A DNA stretch of 64,000 bases, taken from Minisyncoccota bacterium (lineage in GTDB: Bacteria; Patescibacteriota; Minisyncoccia; JAHIHE01; JAGLIN01). Shown one piece after another: positions 60,506 to 64,000 of this stretch. Positions within the stretch are counted from its first letter, which is position 1. The number at the start of each line of letters is the position of its first letter. Where the stretch lies: contig JAQVBZ010000001.1 in NCBI GenBank assembly GCA_028690055.1, positions 20,452-84,451 of the forward strand, written 5' to 3'. Below the pieces are notes generated by a model, which saw nothing but the letters and a program-made list of their open reading frames with translations, was not told the origin of the DNA and did no database searches. Both the position numbers and the translations under genes were made by a program.

Positions 60506-60644
60506 TGTCATTCCGAAATGAGCGGAGCGATTGAGGAATCTGGGAATAATACTATTCACTTATAATGTTTTATATAAACATAAAGGCAGAATACTCTCCC
60601 GCATTTCCCGGATCCCTCAGATGAGTACATCTTTCGGGATGACA
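60506..60644. repeat. Family A REP doublet
   Basis: tgtcattccgaaatgagcggagcgattgaggaatctgggaa...gatccctcag...ctttcgggatgaca. Confidence 0.88.
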
Positions 60645-60728
60645 TAGTCATATCGTGTTGTGGAATCGGGGATCTGAGTTTTGCCTTCTTTGCCATCTTG
60701 AAAATATTAAATAAATTAAAAAAATCCC

Positions 60729-61193
60729 ATGGTACTTTCTTCTCAAGCAATCAAATCAGCAGTGCAAAAAAGCGAATTGGACATCACGCCCTTTGATGAA
60801 AAAAATCTGAAGCCGGCAAGCTATACTTTTACACTTGCGGCAAGATTATTGATTCCGAAAAAAGTTTCTCTGATTGTTATGGGCGGCGAGCAGGAATACG
60901 AAGAAGTTGTGATGGGATTGGACGGATTCGTTTTGCAGCCGGGGGATTTTGTACTCGGGTTTACGGCGGAGCATCTCGCGCTCAAAAATAATTATGCCTG
61001 CTTTCTTTCTGCACGCGGCTCATGTGCGCAGGCAGGACTTTCGGTCCTCCTCAGTTCCAGCTTTGCCGAGCCAGACACGGATAACCCTATAATCTTGGAA
61101 ATCCATAACGCCGGAAAGTCTCCGATCAGGTTGGAAGCGGGAATGAAGATTGTTAAGGGAATATTTATGCCGGTAGAGGAATACTCGGAGTAG
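60729..61193 (+). CDS. dCTP deaminase/dUTPase-family protein (short, divergent)
   Basis: MVLS, ITPFDEKNLKPASY, FVLQPGDFVL..T.E and LEIHN....IRL..GMKI. Confidence 0.8.
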   Translation: MVLSSQAIKSAVQKSELDITPFDEKNLKPASYTFTLAARLLIPKKVSLIVMGGEQEYEEVVMGLDGFVLQPGDFVLGFTAEHLALKNNYACFLSARGSCAQAGLSVLLSSSFAEPDTDNPIILEIHNAGKSPIRLEAGMKIVKGIFMPVEEYSE

Positions 61194-61270
61194 CAGACTT
61201 TAGTCTGCGTGCATTTATGGTAACGTTATTATCGCATGGGACAACCGCGCGGGATAAATCCCGCTACTCC
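61187..61270. repeat. Family B REP doublet, reverse orientation, overlapping the upstream stop codon
   Basis: ggagTAGcagactttagtctgcg...gcgcgggataaatcccgctactcc. Confidence 0.88.
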
Positions 61271-61401
61271 ATTGAAAGTACTTTCTAAGTCCGGAGATAG
61301 TCGTGTTTTGCGGTGCTTCGTTTAGGTTTTATAAAACCGCTTAACTTTGATAGAATTATAAACACTGAGTCGGACATTCTTAATTTCCAATAAATATTAT
61401 T

Positions 61402-62562
61402 ATGCAAAACAAGAATCAGTTGCTTAAAATCTTTTCTTTCCTCCTGCTTGCCCTGGTCGTGCGTTTTTTTGTGGTAGATAGAATCTTGCTCGAAACAGAT
61501 AGTTTATGGATGCAGGCAGTGGCAATCGGCGTTATTTTTGCTATCGGTATCGGCTATATTTTTCGCGGCACCGCCAAGGTGATTGAGGAAACCACTGATG
61601 TTTTGAAAGATCGGACGGGACTGGCCGGCGGTTTTTTGCAGGCGCTTGGGACTGCATTTCCGGATATGATTATCGGGGTGATGGCGGCTATCGTTTCGTT
61701 GCAAGTCAGAGATAGTGATTATGCCCGCGCAATCAATCTCGCTATCATCGCTGCAGCTTCGACTTTCGGTTCGAATATTTACAACATCATCCATGCGGCT
61801 TGGTGCGTGTCTCGGCAAAACTTGGCCAATAAGATAGATAAGTCGGTGATGATGTTTCCGGGCTTCAAATCCGGGGGAAACGTGAGGCCTCTTCGCGAAC
61901 ACACTACCAAGCCTTCAGCGGTGGAAATCGATAATGCCATCAGTATTCTGACTGCGCTGACTCTGCTGACAGCATTTGTAGCTGTCACGATGGTGCTCTT
62001 CGGCCAAGTCAAAGACGCCAGATTGGAAACGTCCGGCGAGCTTTATCAATTGATCAAACCGGTCGGAGTCGTACTCTTTGTCCTGTGCGCTTACATACTC
62101 TATTATTTCCGCAAGAACGAACGTCCCGAATCGTTGGACAAGAATGTCATCAAGGCTAAGCGTTATTATTCAGATCTCAGCACTTCGCGGATCTGGCTCG
62201 ATTTACTTTTGTCCGGTGCCGCTATCTTACTCACGGCAGAAGGAATGGTCCGCGCCATAGAAATTTTTTCGGATCTGACAAACACCCCTTTCGTTATCAC
62301 GGGTATCTTGGCGGGACTCATCGGCTGTTTCGGAGAAATGATGGTTGTGCATAATTTTTCCATCAACCCTAACGGGCGTATCAGCGACGCCATCTCCGGC
62401 GTGGCTATGGATAACATCGTCACGACTCTGGGCGCGTCCATCGTTGCCATAATGGGCGGTATCTTTTTGGGAGGCAACGCTCTTATCCTCATCTTCATCA
62501 TTATTTTGGCATCCAACACCGTGCTCGTCGAACAGATCACTAAATTGAGAAATAAGCTGTAG
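61402..62562 (+). CDS. Ca2+/cation antiporter (CaCA)-like membrane protein
   Basis: About 10 TM helices; alpha-repeat-like ALGTAFPD and FGSNIYN. Confidence 0.7.
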   Translation: MQNKNQLLKIFSFLLLALVVRFFVVDRILLETDSLWMQAVAIGVIFAIGIGYIFRGTAKVIEETTDVLKDRTGLAGGFLQALGTAFPDMIIGVMAAIVSLQVRDSDYARAINLAIIAAASTFGSNIYNIIHAAWCVSRQNLANKIDKSVMMFPGFKSGGNVRPLREHTTKPSAVEIDNAISILTALTLLTAFVAVTMVLFGQVKDARLETSGELYQLIKPVGVVLFVLCAYILYYFRKNERPESLDKNVIKAKRYYSDLSTSRIWLDLLLSGAAILLTAEGMVRAIEIFSDLTNTPFVITGILAGLIGCFGEMMVVHNFSINPNGRISDAISGVAMDNIVTTLGASIVAIMGGIFLGGNALILIFIIILASNTVLVEQITKLRNKL

Positions 62563-62586
62563 CTTTTTTCGGTTAGTGTAATAACG

Positions 62587-62622
62587 AAAGACCTTCTGCT
62601 CACTGGCGGGGAGGTCTTTTTC
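62587..62622 (+). terminator. Intrinsic terminator
   Basis: aaagaccttctgct-cac-tggcggggaggtcttttt. Confidence 0.65.
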
Positions 62623-62766
62623 TGTGTAGAGGGGGTTGGATTTTTTCATCCTGCAGCGTAATATGGAATAAAGATAAATGGCTTGACAAAATAGCATTAT
62701 TATGCTAGTATGAAAAACAAGTAATGAAGATATCAAAATAAAAGAACCAAAGGGATTGATTAAAGA

Positions 62767-63372
62767 ATGACAATGGAATGGAAAATATTGATTCCCCTGT
62801 TTATTTTATGTCTGGCTGTCGCAATGTCAGGTTGCACCGATAAAGGGCAACAGGGCGTAGATGAAGTCTCGTCTTCGGTAGTGCCAATCTATCCGCAAGA
62901 ATCTTTATTCAAGACGCCACAAGGAAGGATATTCGAGGTAAGCTCTTCTAATGGAGTTTCCACTGGAAATATGACGGATTCTCCAAGGGCTCTCCTGAGT
63001 TGTTCAAATAACAACTGGTACTTCCTCGAAAGCGATGGCCTCTATGCGGCATAGCTTTTGTCCGATGATATAAACAATATTCCGGACATTGAAATAATAA
63101 CTCCAGTGAAGGAGGAAGTGTGGCTGAGAAACTTCCATGCAAAAAACGATGTAGATAACACGGGGAGGGAATATATAACTTTTACGTGGGAACAACAAGG
63201 ATTAAAAACGGTGAGCATTGATTACCTGAAAAAACAGGAATTTAGTCAATATTACCAGACTTATAATCTTTACAATGGGAACGCTGACGAATGCTCCGTT
63301 GTAATATATAAAACGAGTTTGGATGAAGGAGAAATGTGGCTGATAAGAACTTCAGGAGAACTGAGATTCTAA
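62767..63372 (+). pseudogene. Lipoprotein gene split by one in-frame TAG (63052-63054)
   Basis: ORFs 62767-63054 and 63058-63372 share a frame; signal peptide with an SGC lipobox. Confidence 0.6.
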
Positions 63373-63547
63373 TCTTTCACCTTTCTCTATTTTTTTGCCT
63401 ATTTTATTGCTATACTAGTATAATTCTAGCAATGGCCCCGGGGTTTGTTCGGGGTAATTTAGAATCTGGTACTTTCGGGAAGAGGGATGTTTCTTGATTT
63501 TTGTGGTATAGTTTTATCAAGAGGAATAACTAATATTAAAAAAGCTT

Positions 63548-64000
63548 ATGGAACTTATAAAAGAAATTTCTGAAGAAAATGCCGGTATATTGCCAAGCGG
63601 GAAGAGAGACATTCGTTATTCATTGCGCAAGGCGGCGCGGGCTTTGGTCTTTGACCGCGAGAGTAAGATTGCGATACTCTTCGCTTCGAAATTTAATTAT
63701 CATAAGCTTCCGGGCGGAGGTGTAGAAGATGGCGAGGACGTGGCGTCGGCGCTGACTCGGGAACTCTTGGAAGAGACAGGCTGTCAGGTCGAGGTGAGGC
63801 CGCAAGAGGTGGGAGCGGTTATCGAATATCGGGATGAAGATGAGCTGTTGCAGATTTCCTACTGCTACCTTGCGGATGTGATAGGCGAGCCAGGGGAAGT
63901 CGCTTTTACGGAAAAAGAAATCGCCAACGGATTCCAGCTCCAGTGGCTCGGTCTGGATGAGGCGATTGCTGTGTTGCATAGCGATGAGCCTGCAAGCTAT
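63548..64000 (+). CDS. NUDIX hydrolase (3' truncated by window edge)
   Basis: Own translation MELIKEISEE...KLPGGGVEDGEDVASALTRELLEETG (Nudix box); not in the ORF track. Confidence 0.92.
   Translation, partial: MELIKEISEENAGILPSGKRDIRYSLRKAARALVFDRESKIAILFASKFNYHKLPGGGVEDGEDVASALTRELLEETGCQVEVRPQEVGAVIEYRDEDELLQISYCYLADVIGEPGEVAFTEKEIANGFQLQWLGLDEAIAVLHSDEPASY

Noticed and set aside
52909-60644. Classical integron attC array
   Set aside because: No RYYYAAC/GTTRRRY ends, no intI, genes in both orientations with their own promoters, and the same repeats occur elsewhere. Kept only as an analogy.

Overview
This 64-kb window is bacterial chromosome in the standard genetic code. Gene content and style point to a Patescibacteria/CPR (Parcubacteria-like) genome: AT-rich, SD-poor starts, S6 with a long acidic tail, an orphan OppA next to secG, and CPR-type surface repeats. 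That assignment is an inference. Housekeeping genes are the 3' end of rpoC, ftsK, a rodZ-like gene, recA, rpsF-ssb-rpsR, ychF, trpS, rnj, pgi, secG, uvrA, groES/groEL with a CIRCE box, lemA/htpX, ppsA and rarA. There is also a sugar-nucleotide cluster (glmU-like, PMM/PGM, two manC), three tRNAs (Leu-CAG, Arg-CCG, Ser-GGA) and an accessory region after tRNA-Ser. No CRISPR array, transposase, integrase or reverse transcriptase is visible. The main unexplained signals are five. (1) An unannotated minus-strand locus at 24.3-25.2 kb has two copies of a conserved antiterminator/terminator RNA leader, each in front of a <60-aa zinc-ribbon microprotein; one needs a -1 shift at an A7 run. (2) A ribbon-helix-helix domain is fused to a degenerate sugar nucleotidyltransferase, with four 10-bp-phased repeats over its own promoter. 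(3) Two secreted modular proteins share a ~70-aa repeat stalk but carry different heads, one closely resembling Methanosarcina disaggregatase-related proteins. (4) At least six families of REP/REPIN-like palindromes are dense in the intergenic DNA and bracket accessory genes like cassettes. (5) Several promoter-driven sRNA or leader candidates are present. All family assignments come from motif recognition, not database searches.
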